Under the pieces are notes generated by a model that did not search any database, was not told the origin of the DNA, and worked only from the letters and a program-made list of their open reading frames with translations. From Chrysomallon squamiferum (lineage: Eukaryota; Animalia; Mollusca), in the NCBI GenBank assembly GCA_012295275.1, contig CM022674.1:11160001-11224000 (forward strand): a stretch of DNA of 64,000 bases, in the 5' to 3' direction. Positions 31,097 to 44,401 of the stretch are shown piece after piece. The position numbers were made by a program, and so were the translations under genes. Numbering within the stretch: the stretch's first letter is position 1; each line of letters begins with the position of its first letter.

Positions 31097-31160
31097 AACT
31101 ACTACTACTACTACTACTGCTACTACTATTCTTCCTGCTACTGCTGCTTCTACTACTGCA
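30909..31160. repeat. (CAC)n/(TAC)n trinucleotide microsatellite
   Basis: Long imperfect tac/tgc run. Confidence 0.9.
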
Positions 31161-32457
31161 GTTCTTTATTTTATTTTATTTTATTTCTGAGTTAAAACCA
31201 TATAAAAAATTATCAGATACACTCATTCATTCATTTTTAGGAAAATATTTACCTGAACTTGTAGTGTACTTTTACATTAGATATACAATGTACATTATTA
31301 CAGTAAGTTATAATAAAATAAAAATTAAAAAATAAAAATAATAAAATAATAAAATAATAAATTAAAAAAAAAATAAATAATAAAAAAAAATAAAAAAATT
31401 AATAAATAAAAAAAATAAAAAATAAATTCATTGAAATAAAATAATAAATAATAATAAAAAATTAAATAATAAAAAATACTAACAATAAAAACAAAACAAA
31501 ACAAAATAAATGAATGAATGAATGAATGCTACATAAGCAAATTAAATAGATCTCAGACAATGGAAATTCAACCTGCATTACACATTTGTTACTTATTCTT
31601 TCATTCATATAAGAGTACAGTAAAAGTATATTGCTATTGGTGTTACAAAAGTTTAAAATCTTAATAAATCATTTAGGTAAATAATATGGTTGTTTGTTTG
31701 GTTTCTTTTTTTTCTTTTTTTACACACACACACACACACAGTATGACCTACCTATAAAGTTTCCATCAATTCACAGCAGACATATGACCTTCATAAAAGT
31801 ACAATTCCATTATCCTGAAAAATAAAAAATATTGAAAATAATCACTCTTACATTTCTTAAATTACTTTTTAACTAACATCTATAACAGTAACAGACTCGA
31901 AAAATATTCAACTTCTTTTCTGAATTCATTAAAGGTACAACACCAATAATCCAGAAAACTAATTTAGACGTGTATTCATATGTATCTATTAAAAACAGTT
32001 TTGTTCTGTATTTTTCACAGTTTATTTTATATTCAATTGTACATCACGCCTTGGTTCAGAAATTTGGATCACCTCTGTATGAAATTCACCAGTTAAATGA
32101 TGTGTGAAAATGATAATATAACAATAAAATAAAGATGATCATGAGTGAAAAGGATGATGACTAAGAAGAACACTGAAAATAGAAGGAAATGATGATGACC
32201 AAGATAACAATAATGGAAAATTTTTCCTTAAGCATTTATATTGCCTTTACTGCTAAAATTAGTCATATTAATGTAGAAAAAAAAAAAATAAATAATAATA
32301 ATAAAAGCTAAAAAACAGTCAAACTAAAGTATGTAACAACATTCCCACTAGTAACTGCGTCCCATTTCTTGGGAATGGGTCACAAATGTCAGAGTAAAAC
32401 ATAAACAAGTTAATAAATAAACACACATATCACATGTATGTAATAACTGGGACTTAC

Positions 32458-32512
32458 TCCCAGCTGGTTGAACTGCTACGACTACAACAACAGTGGTCTT
32501 ACTGACATGCAT
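32458..32512 (-). CDS. Possible alternative first coding exon of the PLEKHG5-like gene (MHVSKTTVVVVVAVQPAG)
   Basis: AGC ATG..GGG A|GTAAGT, 55 nt, phase 1, in a locally GC-richer patch. Confidence 0.35.
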
Positions 32513-35500
32513 GCTGTTACCTCAGTTATTATAATGAACTTTACAGATTATTTGAAAACCAGTTACTATTGTACAAATGGTAAGGATATCACTTATTGCA
32601 TGAAGTATGCAAATATGAAATAATCCATGTATGAATGTAGTGAATGTAAATGATTTAAAAAGAAGGTCTGTGACTAAAAAACGTTATTTCACAAAAAGCA
32701 ATCACTGCAGCTTCATGAGGTGATCAGTTTAGTCCAGTACTTCAAAACATCTTCATATGTCCTGAAGAGGCCATGAAGAGCACATACAGGCAAATAAACC
32801 ATTGTCCATCTCCAATGAAAGTTTGTATGTGTACAGCATTTTATTCACAAAATGCCATGGAGAAACTATGACAAGACCATGTTAATTACATACATAGGTA
32901 AATCAGGTATTTGGGCAGACGAGTTATTTCAACTAATTGAGAATTCAACCAATTGCAAATTCAACCAAATGAGACAACACCAATAACTGGACCACAGTTA
33001 CCAAGGTAAATAAATGAAAAAAATTCAATAAACAGAGTACGATAATAGTTTAGCTGTTACTGCAGACAAGGTTTTTTTATAATTTGCTATAAAAATATAT
33101 ATAACAAATTTAAAAAACTGCTGAGGATGAAATCAGTAAAGCACATATTTTATTAAAAATATTTTCTGCAGTTTTGTGATCGACTCATCAGAGTGCAGCC
33201 ATGACACTCAAGTGAGTTTATCTTTTTGAAGTATCACATGTAAAAATTAAGAGAAAATGAAACTTCAGTTTAAACTGCTTGTAACTTGTTTTCTAGGTGT
33301 GGAATGTATGATAAACATTCTGAAACCCATACCACTACACTAAACTTGAATTAGTAACTAAAACATAAAAAAAACATGTTACAAAGATAAAAATAATATT
33401 ACATAACTATAACAAAAAAACAAACATTACACAGATAAAACATAACTTTACACAGATAAACTGAGAATGTGGCAAAGATAAAACACTGTTACATAAATAA
33501 AATGTTACATTATTATTTGTTACATTCATAGAATATAATGTTATACAGGTAAATATAATGTTACAAATAGATAAAAACCTGTTACAGAAATAATAATAAT
33601 TAAAATTAACAATGTCATATAGATAAAAAATAATGTCACATATTTCTTTTTGATTTAAAAGTCATGAATACTCAAACAAAAAAAAAATTCTGGATGTGTG
33701 TAGAAGATAATTAAAGAGTAGAATGAACAATCTTAAAAATGATAAAAAGGTTGGTTAGGACAGGTGTTTGGTTTATAGAGTCTTTGGGTTGTGTATTTAT
33801 AAATCTCAGATTTTTATTTCTCTTTCTTTTCTTTTTTTTTAAAGTTATTTATTTATTTATTATTATTGTTGTTTCACCTATGTATTTCACCTTTATGTTT
33901 TATTTATGAACATCCTATTCAGTGACTATGCTTCACAAACACACCACTAAAGATTATTTATATAAATTATTACAAAGAGAAGGCTATCCAGTCACATACA
34001 GATTTTACCTACAAGTATTGTATATTTTATTAATTATATATTACCATATAGACCATTGTTCTATAAATTATACAATGTTGAATATTTAGTTAATTCAGAC
34101 ACATTATAGACATACTACATGCTACACTGCATTTGTGGGTGTACTGTGTATGTGAGAATGCTTTAAGGTGATGTACCTAAATTACATACTGCAACAATGA
34201 ATGTCTTTGTCAGTAGCATATTATAGATGCATTTTTAAATATACATTATCATTCAGCAATTACTAATTTAAACATAAAATGTAGAAAAAAAAATGCTTTA
34301 CAATGTAGGATACAGAGGAACATTTTAATACTTAAGTGTTTATTAGCTCTTAGTAATTTCTAAATTATTTAGTCTTTAATCTTTACAATACAGTACATTG
34401 ATGAACATTTTAATTTACATACAAATGTTTCTACAGTGTAATACATAGACGAACAATTTAATTCAATTACAAATGTCTCTACAATGTAACACACACAGGA
34501 ACATTTTAATTAAATACAAACACAATAATTGTATTTTAGCTTCAAACAATTTTAAAGATTCATTACTTACATTTTAATTCAAATCCTTTATAAAATGTTA
34601 CAGTAACCTGAAAACTCTAACACAATGTACTTCTATGTGATACACAATGACTAGATCTGATTTCCTTACACTGTAACACAAAGTATGTTTTATCTTTTTT
34701 TGTTTTTTTTTCCAGTCTTACTGACCTGTAGGCAAACAAGCCTGTTGACAGTGTAAAGATTATGATAGCTCAGTTTCCATTACTCATCTTCAACAAAAAT
34801 CTGCATTTTAAAACATCATGTAAAAATATCTCACAGCTTCAAAGAAATTATACTGGTGAAACTTCACTATATTCAAACCTGTGCATAACAACTGCAAAAA
34901 GAGATACCAGAAGTGCACAGCTGGTTGTTAATACAGTTAAGTTTACACTACCAATGAATGAATGAAAGAATGTCTGATGACACCAGCTCAAAATATATAT
35001 CAGCTACTGGGTGTCAAAGTTAAATATTTAACAAAATGGTGAATATTTTCTATATAAATAAATCATTTGTGAAAAAAGTATAGCTGTAATAAAAATGTTT
35101 TTGTTTTTGTACAGATGTGGTCTCTCAATAAAGGACAGTTAATCAGTAATAAACAATCAGGGAAATCTGATTTTCTGATGGTTGTTTTATACAGGTGGTC
35201 ACTATAAAACGTGTTTAGATCTTTCCTTACCTGCGTCAGGTTTTTCTGTTTAAACTAAATTCCACTCACTGAAGATATTTAAATGGCTTCACATGGTTTT
35301 CCTCACATAAAATGTAGAAATGTGTGGCTGTGGATTACAGGTCCAATGAATAATATTACATACCTGTTACCTGCGATGGGCAATTAAGGTAGAATAAGAT
35401 GTGTGGCCACAGACATACATCACAGAGTACAGGTGACTGTCAAGGTAGTTAATGTCTCGGAACTGCGTGTGTTACATAACCATTCCATAGTCTGCTGTTT

Positions 35501-38162
35501 GACCACAGATATCTGTAATGATTTATTTGTCCGTGTCTGTATTTCTGTGTGTATGTGTCTTCTGTAGGTTTGCTTAACTCTGTGAATTTTGAATGAGTCA
35601 GTGTTTGTGGGTGTGTGTATGCATGTATGTTTATATACATATAAAATTCAGACATTTGCATATATATATACTGACATATGCATACACAAACACATATAAA
35701 AAAATAAAAATATAACAATGACACAACAACAAGAACTTAAAGAAAATAAATTATTAAATTTTAAAACATACAGTTAAACTGCTCTCAGCTTTGCTTACAT
35801 AAATCTTTTTTCTCTTTTTTCCCAGACACATATCTAACACATCTGAAGTGGAGAAATGTAAGCTGTAATTATGTTTAACTTCAAATGTTTTTTGACATTC
35901 TTAGTTGGGTTAAAGTTAGGAATTACCATGTCAGTGGTTTTACTGAATGCATCTGCTCATCTGTCAGTTGTATTATCTGTATATCACTGCTTGAGATATA
36001 CTAACTATTGTCACTGTGCAGTCAATCGCATCATTGTACCTACATTTATGTCTCTATTACATGCAGACAAACACACATCCTGGTATAAACTGGTTCTTAT
36101 TAGCTTGACAAGTTACTTTCACATACAGAAACATACTTTATAAGTAACATTATAATATCAATCTATTAATATAACCTATCTTCTTTACTAAGTTGAGCTG
36201 TTACACTTTATGGTTTGTAAAGATTGGTCACACACTGAATCTTTACAGCTTTATTAAATTGTTCTCACATTTAATGATTAACAAAGATTATGCATCTTCT
36301 TAAATTGTTAAATTACCATCATATTTATGATTATCAAAGAATGGTACAAACTGTATGCTTCTTCTTAGGCTAAACTGATTGTCATACTTCTTGCTTTGCA
36401 AAAACTGATATGAAAAGAACTTTTAAAACTCATTTAGAAGTATACTTAACTTTGTTGCAAATTATTGCATCTTCTTAGATTAAGAATAAGTATATGTTAT
36501 GGATAACAAAGACTGGTCTGGAAAAACAATTTGATTTTAACTTTGTATCTTCATAATTATGTCACCTTTATGCTGACCAAAGACTGTGGTAAATTCTATG
36601 CACTATCTAAGCTTGTTAAATTACTCTTATGCTTTATGATTAGCAAAGATTGGTGTAAAAACTTTTGAATTTCTTAGATTGTTAAATTACTCTCATACTT
36701 TATGATTTGCAAAGGTTGGTATCAACAAAATATCTTCACAGCTTGCTAAATTGTTGTTAAACTTTATGATTAGAAATTATCTACATCTTCTGTTAAATTA
36801 CTCTCATACTTTACAATTTGTAAACACTGACACTAGTTTAGAGGTATCCTGCATATATTTAGGATATCTGTTCCCATCCTGATATTTGACTTTAATGTCT
36901 CATGCAGAAGACTATGGTTACTGACTTGAATAACTTCTCGTAATGTATGTTTCAATAACTGAAACCTGCTACTTTATGCTATGTGTAGAACAGAAGGAAA
37001 ATCTCTCATCGCTTCCTTCCTCAATCATCAGATATGTTCTGAGTGAGAAATTGGCTTAACTGAAATCTCACATCTTGACCTGAAGGTTTTTAAGTGCAAA
37101 CACTGATAAATTTAATATGAGAATAAGTCATTTACTGCAGATTCACAAGGAAATAGGTTCTGTATGGACCATGAGTAATAATGTGATTTACCCCAGTGAT
37201 TTCCAGTTCCAACAAGTCTTGTTTTTAAAAGCAATGAAAATACTAGTATATACCTTATAGATAATAACTGTATATAATTTTTTTTTTCAAGAATAATTTC
37301 CCATTCCAAATGAGTGCTCTTAAATTAATATCTGATTATGAGAATACGATAACTAAACAAGCATTAAGGTTAATAACAGAATATAATATATTCTTCTTAA
37401 TAACGTCTCATAATAACAGAATATAAACATATTCTTCTTAATAATGTCCTGTTCCAAATATGCTCTGTCACAGTGATTAGTAATACATATAAAATTCCAC
37501 AGTTATTATTGGCTATATATTTTCATATTTAACTGGATTATATAAAGTCAAAAATACATAATCAGAATTATATTAGCTTATGAACTATTTCTCCATATAT
37601 CAATCTGACAGAGTGAGAGCGAAAAAAAAAAAACATAGGAGAACAACAGAATAAGAGACATTTGCAGGAAATAAAGTAAGCTTGAGATAGAACACACACA
37701 CACATATTGAAAATTTCAATTACTCTACTGGTTTTTTTCATTGTGAGAAACTGTTGCTATGATATCAGTCAAACAACTAAACAAAAGTTATTCATGGTCA
37801 CATCCTTGTTTGGGACAAAGACTGTTCCTTACTGGGTCAGCTAGCAAGTCAACAAACATCTCAAAGTGAACTGTGAGTCCCACCCACCACTTCTCTTCAT
37901 CTCCTTTTCATGTTGTTGTTATCTGGTTATTATTATAACTATAATAATCAATATTATCATTTCTGTTGTCGTTATTATTGTTAAAGTTAGTTTTAGTTAT
38001 TATTATTATTATTATTATTAGTAGTAGTAGTATTATCATTATTGTTGTTGTTATTGTTATTATTATTGTTGTTATTATTATCATTATTTTTGTTAATATT
38101 ATTATCATTATTGTTGTTGTTAATATTGTTATATCAATATTATTATTATTACCATAATCATC

Positions 38163-38195
<33 letters not shown>

Positions 38196-38864
38196 ATTTA
38201 TTTATTTAATGCTGCACCCATTTCTCTGTGGGAGCAGCCTCTTTTCTAAAAAGCTGTCTCATCCCCTGCAGTTTGTCAGAGTGAACAGATTTATCTCTTT
38301 GTTTTAGTACCGCGCTAGCTGTTACTAGCTGCAATAAATTAGTTGTTATCTAACAGCTATTAAACAATTATGTTTTCCTGGAATTTTTAAATATCTGCAC
38401 GTTATAAATTTTATAGTGATACGCCCAAGTTGAGGTACGTAAATCCCGAGTGTGTATTTTTCATTAGAGATATTGCTTTGGTTGAATTTGTTTGTTGTTT
38501 TTTCAAACTTTAAAACAATGCGACCGGGTTAAAGTTTAATAGTTTTCGAAACTATAAAAACATGTCAAAATGTTACATTATTAAAACTTTATTTAAACTT
38601 AATTCATCTAATTATGTTGTAATCTACATAGGGTCAAACAGTTTACGTGTTAGATTTAACTCTTTTCATTTCTTTTCTTTCTCTTATTTAGTTTTTACAG
38701 TTTCGGGTACGCCTACTATCGGTTTCAAAATAATATCTCCCGCCACCGGGACCGCGGGTGGGACAAATAAACCAGGTGTGCGGATACCGACAAAAAAACA
38801 AAATTTAAAATCATGTAAAGTAAACTTTAAAAGTGTCAGTATATGAATGGTGTCGAAACCTCAC

Positions 38865-38990
38865 CTGTTTTAGGAAATTTTCTGTCACCTTTATAGTAAT
38901 ATCTCCAAACGAAGTCAGTGTCTCGTGCGTACTCTCCGATGTTCCGGATGTTTCACTCTCACTGACTATTTACCCGTGACGTCACAGAGC
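38865..38990 (-). promoter_or_regulatory. Distal promoter and non-coding exon 1 of the PLEKHG5-like gene
   Basis: CpG-rich region. CRE palindrome GTGACGTCAC at 38976-38985, Inr-like TCAGT near 38965 (minus), ETS-like CCGGATGT at 38944-38951, donor AAACAG|GTGAGG at 38865/38864. Confidence 0.55.
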
Positions 38991-39493
38991 CGTTAACCAT
39001 TCAAACGCTCGAGTTTCGGCAGACGTGTGTCCTGCTTTATATCGCCGAATTTTAATTACTATTTTGAATAATAATAACATGAGTGTTCACGTGTGCTTGT
39101 GTTTGTGTAAGCTTGACTGCACGTGTATAGATATATATTTTTTAAATACAAATATTTTGAGTGTATTAAATATTTAGTGTTAATTTAAATTGGTATGGTT
39201 TGGTTATTATGTATGTCCAACGAGTAATTCGTCTACATTCCAGTTTCAGATGACTGATTGGTCTAATCCGTTTTATTTTTACTTTGCCCTATCTATAACC
39301 ATTGGTCTTCTATACCCTTACTACACGAAACCCCGTCATTCACTCATCAATCCACTTTCTATATATCTATCTGTCTATACTGTCTTTATATATGTCCTTG
39401 TTACAGAATAAAAAGAAATATTAAGTAAAGAAGAGGAACAACAATAACAACAATAATAATAACTGGCTAAAATTAAATTTTAAAGCATTTTTG

Positions 39494-39545
<52 letters not shown>

Positions 39546-40031
39546 TAATGCGGTTTACCACAGCTGGTAAAATATATCATCAAAACGAAAATATATATTT
39601 AACGTAAATCTATTGCAAATTGTTTTGACGATTGCCTCCCGTTTCGTATTCTCTATGGTTACCAAACAACCGTTGCTAACATACATGACGACAAAACAAG
39701 CCTTGATAGATCCACGAACACTGTTACTCGGGTCAGCCTTTTTTGAATAAACCTGCCTGCGACAAACATTTAATTATTTCTTCATATGAAAAACACGATA
39801 GAAGGGAGGCAACTCTATTAACGTATCGTTCACTACACCCTTACGGGTAAGCATGCTACATGTTGCAACAGGCGACCGAGTTGGGATACATGCATGACTT
39901 ATTCAAAACCGTCGAAGTTGTAGCAGTGTAAACTGAAAACATCGCAACGTTTTAGTCATGGATTTTCGAAATAACCTGAAACCTTCTAAATTAGATTTGG
40001 AATTTCCGCTGTCAACACTGAAAAAGGTAAG

Positions 40032-40335
40032 GTTTTAGTTCGGTAGGTAAATAGGAACTGTAATATGTGTGCTAATAGTTTTAGTTCGGTAGGTAAATAG
40101 GAACTGTAATATGTATGCTAATAGTTTTAGTTTCGGAACTGTAATATGTATGCTAATAGTTTTAGTTCGGTAGGTAAATAGGAACTGTAATATGTATGCT
40201 AATAGTTTTAGTTCGGTAGGTAAATAGGAACTGTAATCTGTATGCTAATAGTTTTAGTTCGGTAGGTAAATAGGAACTGTAATCTGTGTGCTAATAGTTT
40301 TAGTTCGGTAGGTAAATAGGAACTGTAATGTGTGC
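40032..40335. repeat. 46-bp minisatellite, about 6.5 copies
   Basis: Unit gttttagttcggtaggtaaataggaactgtaatatgtatgctaata. It begins right after a plus-strand donor AAG|GTAAGG at 40026/40027. Confidence 0.95.
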
Positions 40336-40820
40336 AGGTAACTACTTCTGAACGAACATTTACCCAGTAATATTACTATTACTACTTCCAATTACTATTT
40401 CTTCTTCTGCTACAGCTACTACTACTAGCTACTGTTACAACCACTGTTATTCTTATTAAAACGACTATTGGTAATACTATAACTGAAACTATTACAGATA
40501 ACCACTACCTCCTTTTATTCTTTGTATACTGGTCTCTACAATCCACTATCACAGCTACTTTTATTACAACAACTACTATTACTGTTGATGCTGTTTCTAC
40601 GACTATGACTAGCAGTGCGACAAAATTTAAGTCAGAAATAGCACAATTTATGAGTAATATTACTATCCCAGAGCATGTAAAACCTTGTTTTAATCAAGCA
40701 ACTTAAGTCGGAATTAAGATCATGCGAACTTTAACAGTGGTAAAGCCAATTAATATAAAATAATCAACCAAACAAACAAAAAAATTATAATAAATAAATA
40801 CATAAATACATACATAACTA

Positions 40821-40875
<55 letters not shown>

Positions 40876-40924
40876 GAATACATGTAAAACTTTACTTACA
40901 ATTTAAATAGTCTATAAATCTTTA

Positions 40925-41000
40925 GTTTTCTATAGCAACACGTCGGCTTCGCATTGATGACGTAATTTCCTAACTGAAACGTTTCCTATTGTGATTGGAC
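40925..41000 (+). promoter_or_regulatory. Candidate proximal promoter of the DUF1647-like gene
   Basis: CpG-containing patch with X-box-like gttttctatagcaac, bZIP-like atgacgtaat and an inverted CCAAT (gattgg). Confidence 0.3.
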
Positions 41001-42034
41001 AAGTGCGAATGTAAAATACTCGACATTTCGTCAAATGTTAATTTGCTTTTTCTTTTATTTTGTTTAAATTCTTATATGCTAGAACCCAACTTCCTAAGAT
41101 AATTTATTGTCTGCTATCAATCATAATTGTTTAAAAAATGTAGGCCTATACATCCAGTGAAATGCTTCTCGTCTGCATAACATTTATTTTATAGAAATTA
41201 GTCCCTTCGCTTAATTTTTAGTACTCACGAGTACGTCTGCCCACACGAACATTTTACTCACGACAAATGGTTATTTCAGCCAGTAATTTGTTTTTATATA
41301 GTTCAGTTCAGTTTTAACTTAGCTGAGTTAATATTAATAATTTAAATTAAATATCAAGTTATATCTGCTTTTTGTTTCATTTTTATGCATTTCAAGTAAC
41401 TTTAAAATCTGGCCTTATTTGATTTAAGTTCATTTATTTATTTATTTATTGTGGAACTTTCTTATCAAAAATGAACTTCGGTGTACCTATTAGCCTATTT
41501 CCCTTTCTGACCAGCTGCTCCATTTCTCTGAATAAAATACAATGTATTTTAATATTTTCCTGTTTGGTGGAAGGCGTATTAAAAACTTTACCTTCTGCTA
41601 ATCGGTAATCGTTATCTCTGTAACGTTTGGTTTTCGCTGACTACACATTTATATTCTGTTTATACCCTCAAAAATAAAATAATATAAATAAATAATATAA
41701 TATAATAAAGAAGAAACTTTCCCTTGACTACTTTTTTAACTAGTTAGCGTGTTCAGTATCATTATTTATTATCTTTATTATTATTATTATTATTATTATG
41801 TTACTATCTATTTATTATTATGATTTGTTGTTGTTAACTTTCGCTTTTATTTTCCAAAAATTCTGTAGCTATTTCACATTAACTTATTTGTATTTATTTA
41901 TATACTAATATATGACAGTGTGAAAATAAAATTATTTTGATTTGTATTTTTCGTATATCGGTCAGTCTTCCTCTATATATATCTGTATTTCACTATCTGT
42001 CTGTCTATCTAACTACCTTTCTGTTTTGCAGAAC

Positions 42035-44401
42035 ATGGGTGGAAAGGAATACTCATTTTACGACACAGCAAGTCAATTTACTCGTTCATTTCCCATCAGC
42101 ATCTGTTTGATGGTGATGTCGGGTGTCTTCTGGATATTAGTATTCGTCCTCGTTTACCAAGCTATCAGTTTGTTTTCACTGTACAATGCAATCTCGGATG
42201 AAACGGATTTAGAGGTAAAATGTGACAGTGCTTTCGATTCTAAGTCGTCAGTGAACTTCGACAAGGTAATGCACTACCCTCGTGGCTCCGCTGGTCCTTA
42301 TCTGGTCAGATTCAAGCCGGAGAGATCATCTGTTGTCCAGCAGACGACAGGCGACCAGTTCCCGCCATTTGTTACAGCGGTTACGACGGTGACATTTTTC
42401 GCGGTACAAGGTTTAATAAAACAGTTTCGAAAAGATGTTCCGGAGTTGAAACGAGTGAAATTAATTATTTATGATCTTGGTCTACATAGCAGAGAAAGAG
42501 AATTGGTAAGTTAATAAATAAATAAATGAAAAAGTTCTAGTCATTTTGTGCGGTAAGACATTGATTCGCACCTGAATGTCAGTTAGTTTTGTTTATTTTA
42601 TTTCATTATTTTTTCTTTTAGAGAGAGAAAGAGAGATTGCCTAATTAACGTAACTGACCATGAGAACACTGTGAAATCAACTGTAAAAATTAATATTAAG
42701 TTATGTATTTTATATATACTTTTTAAAAGTTATTTTTTATACATGCATGTCATTTTATTATTTTGTTTTGTTTGTGAAGTTATTAATGGTTTGTTACAGA
42801 TGGATAAATATTGTGACTGTGAAGTCAGAACTTTCACGAAGAGTGCATTTCCGGATCACGTGTCTGATGTAACTCTTAACGCCTGGAAACCAATCATAAT
42901 TCAGGTACGTTTCTTTAACCAGTGAAATTAAATTTACTCGACAAGTTAAGATTTGCAAAACTTTAAGCCATGTACCTTTACAATGTTCACAATTACATAT
43001 TGGTTAAGCTGCTTTTAGCGAATCTAAATTTTCTTAGTTATTTTCCTATTGAACTAGCTTAACTATTTTAAAAGTGGTTTTGCTAATTAGCTTTAATTTT
43101 TATGCTATCGTTTCTGGAACTGAAACAGTTAAAGCAGTCTGATTATTCTGCGCTTTAAAGTATAATTCGACAACGCATTTGGCCTTTGTTCATTTGTTTC
43201 TTCATTCTTCTCCATAATGGAATAGAACTAAAAATAAACAATAAAATTTTATGCAAATAAGCATTATTGTTCTAGTTACTTCTTCTGAGTAAATATTAAA
43301 CTGCAAATTATTACTGAATTCTTGAGTCTCTGGTAATTCACTTCTTTCTAGTATATAACAAATTAATAACACTTAAATTGTTTATGAATTGTCTTTAGGT
43401 GTGTTTAAAATCCTTTACATAGGTTGTATTTCCCAACGCCTACCTCTATTTCTCACTCAATCACTTTTTTCTCTTTGTTGCCATAAAATACCCTCCAAAG
43501 TATGAAATAACATTTTAATTATTATTTATTTATTTATTTTTTTGATTTATTTGTATATAATAATAATAAATAAATGTTGTTTCTGCTATTATTTAAAAAA
43601 AAATTATAAATAAAAAATAAACACTAATTTATTTGTTTGGTTTTTCTTTTTTCTTTTTTTTTTAATTATTATTATTATTATTATTATTTTGTCATTTTGA
43701 GTTAGTTTGCTATCATTTGTGCATGATAATAATTTTTGAACATAAATTTAAAACACCTTGCTTACTAAACTTAATTTCAGTTAGTCATTGACGAATATGG
43801 ATCTGCTATTTACATGAATCCAGACATGCGGCTTAAATCAGTTACCTCCCTTAACATTTTAAAAAACCGAGGTGACAGGGACTTCTTTGTGTGGGATGCA
43901 GACAGGGATGAGACCACACCCAAAAGCCTTATTGGCTACACCTACCCAGAGACATTCATGTTTCTAAAAGAATCGCGTTGTGCATTTCGAGATTCCGGAA
44001 TGGTTGCTACTGACGTCATTGTGATGTTTCGTTCAAACACCAGTTGGCAGTTGGTTATGAAACCGTGGTTAATTTGCGCACTGAATAAAGAATGCATAGC
44101 TCCCTCTGGTGCCAGGACAAAATTCTGTTTCCATGTGCGACGCCCCAAAACAACAGGATGTCACATGTTTGACCAATCAGCAATTAGCATTCCTTTGAAC
44201 AGGGCATTTCAGATAACAATAAATAGAGATAAATTTGTTCCACAAAAAATTGCTTATCATGCTGAAGAGATGGATCTTTATTTCATTGAACAACCATGGA
44301 CAAATACTCAATTCTTTGTTATTATTATCATTGTTGTTTTACTTTTTGCAGTTTATCCACTCTTAAAAAGCAGAAGAAGAATACCATTTAAAATATTATA
44401 A
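42035..44401 (+). CDS. DUF1647-like putative glycosyltransferase-fold membrane protein, 398 aa
   Basis: Coding exons 42035-42505, 42800-42904, 43781-44401 (GT-AG, all phase 0). Motifs IIYDLGL, AWKPIIIQ, PWLICAL..CIAP.G and CHMFDQSAI are recalled as typical of DUF1647. Hydrophobic helices near both termini. The acceptor at 42031 implies a non-coding upstream exon. Confidence 0.85.

Noticed and set aside
38211-38238. Hairpin gctgcaccca..tgggagcagc as a structured RNA
   Set aside because: It is an isolated short stem with no other ncRNA hallmarks, possibly a repeat remnant.
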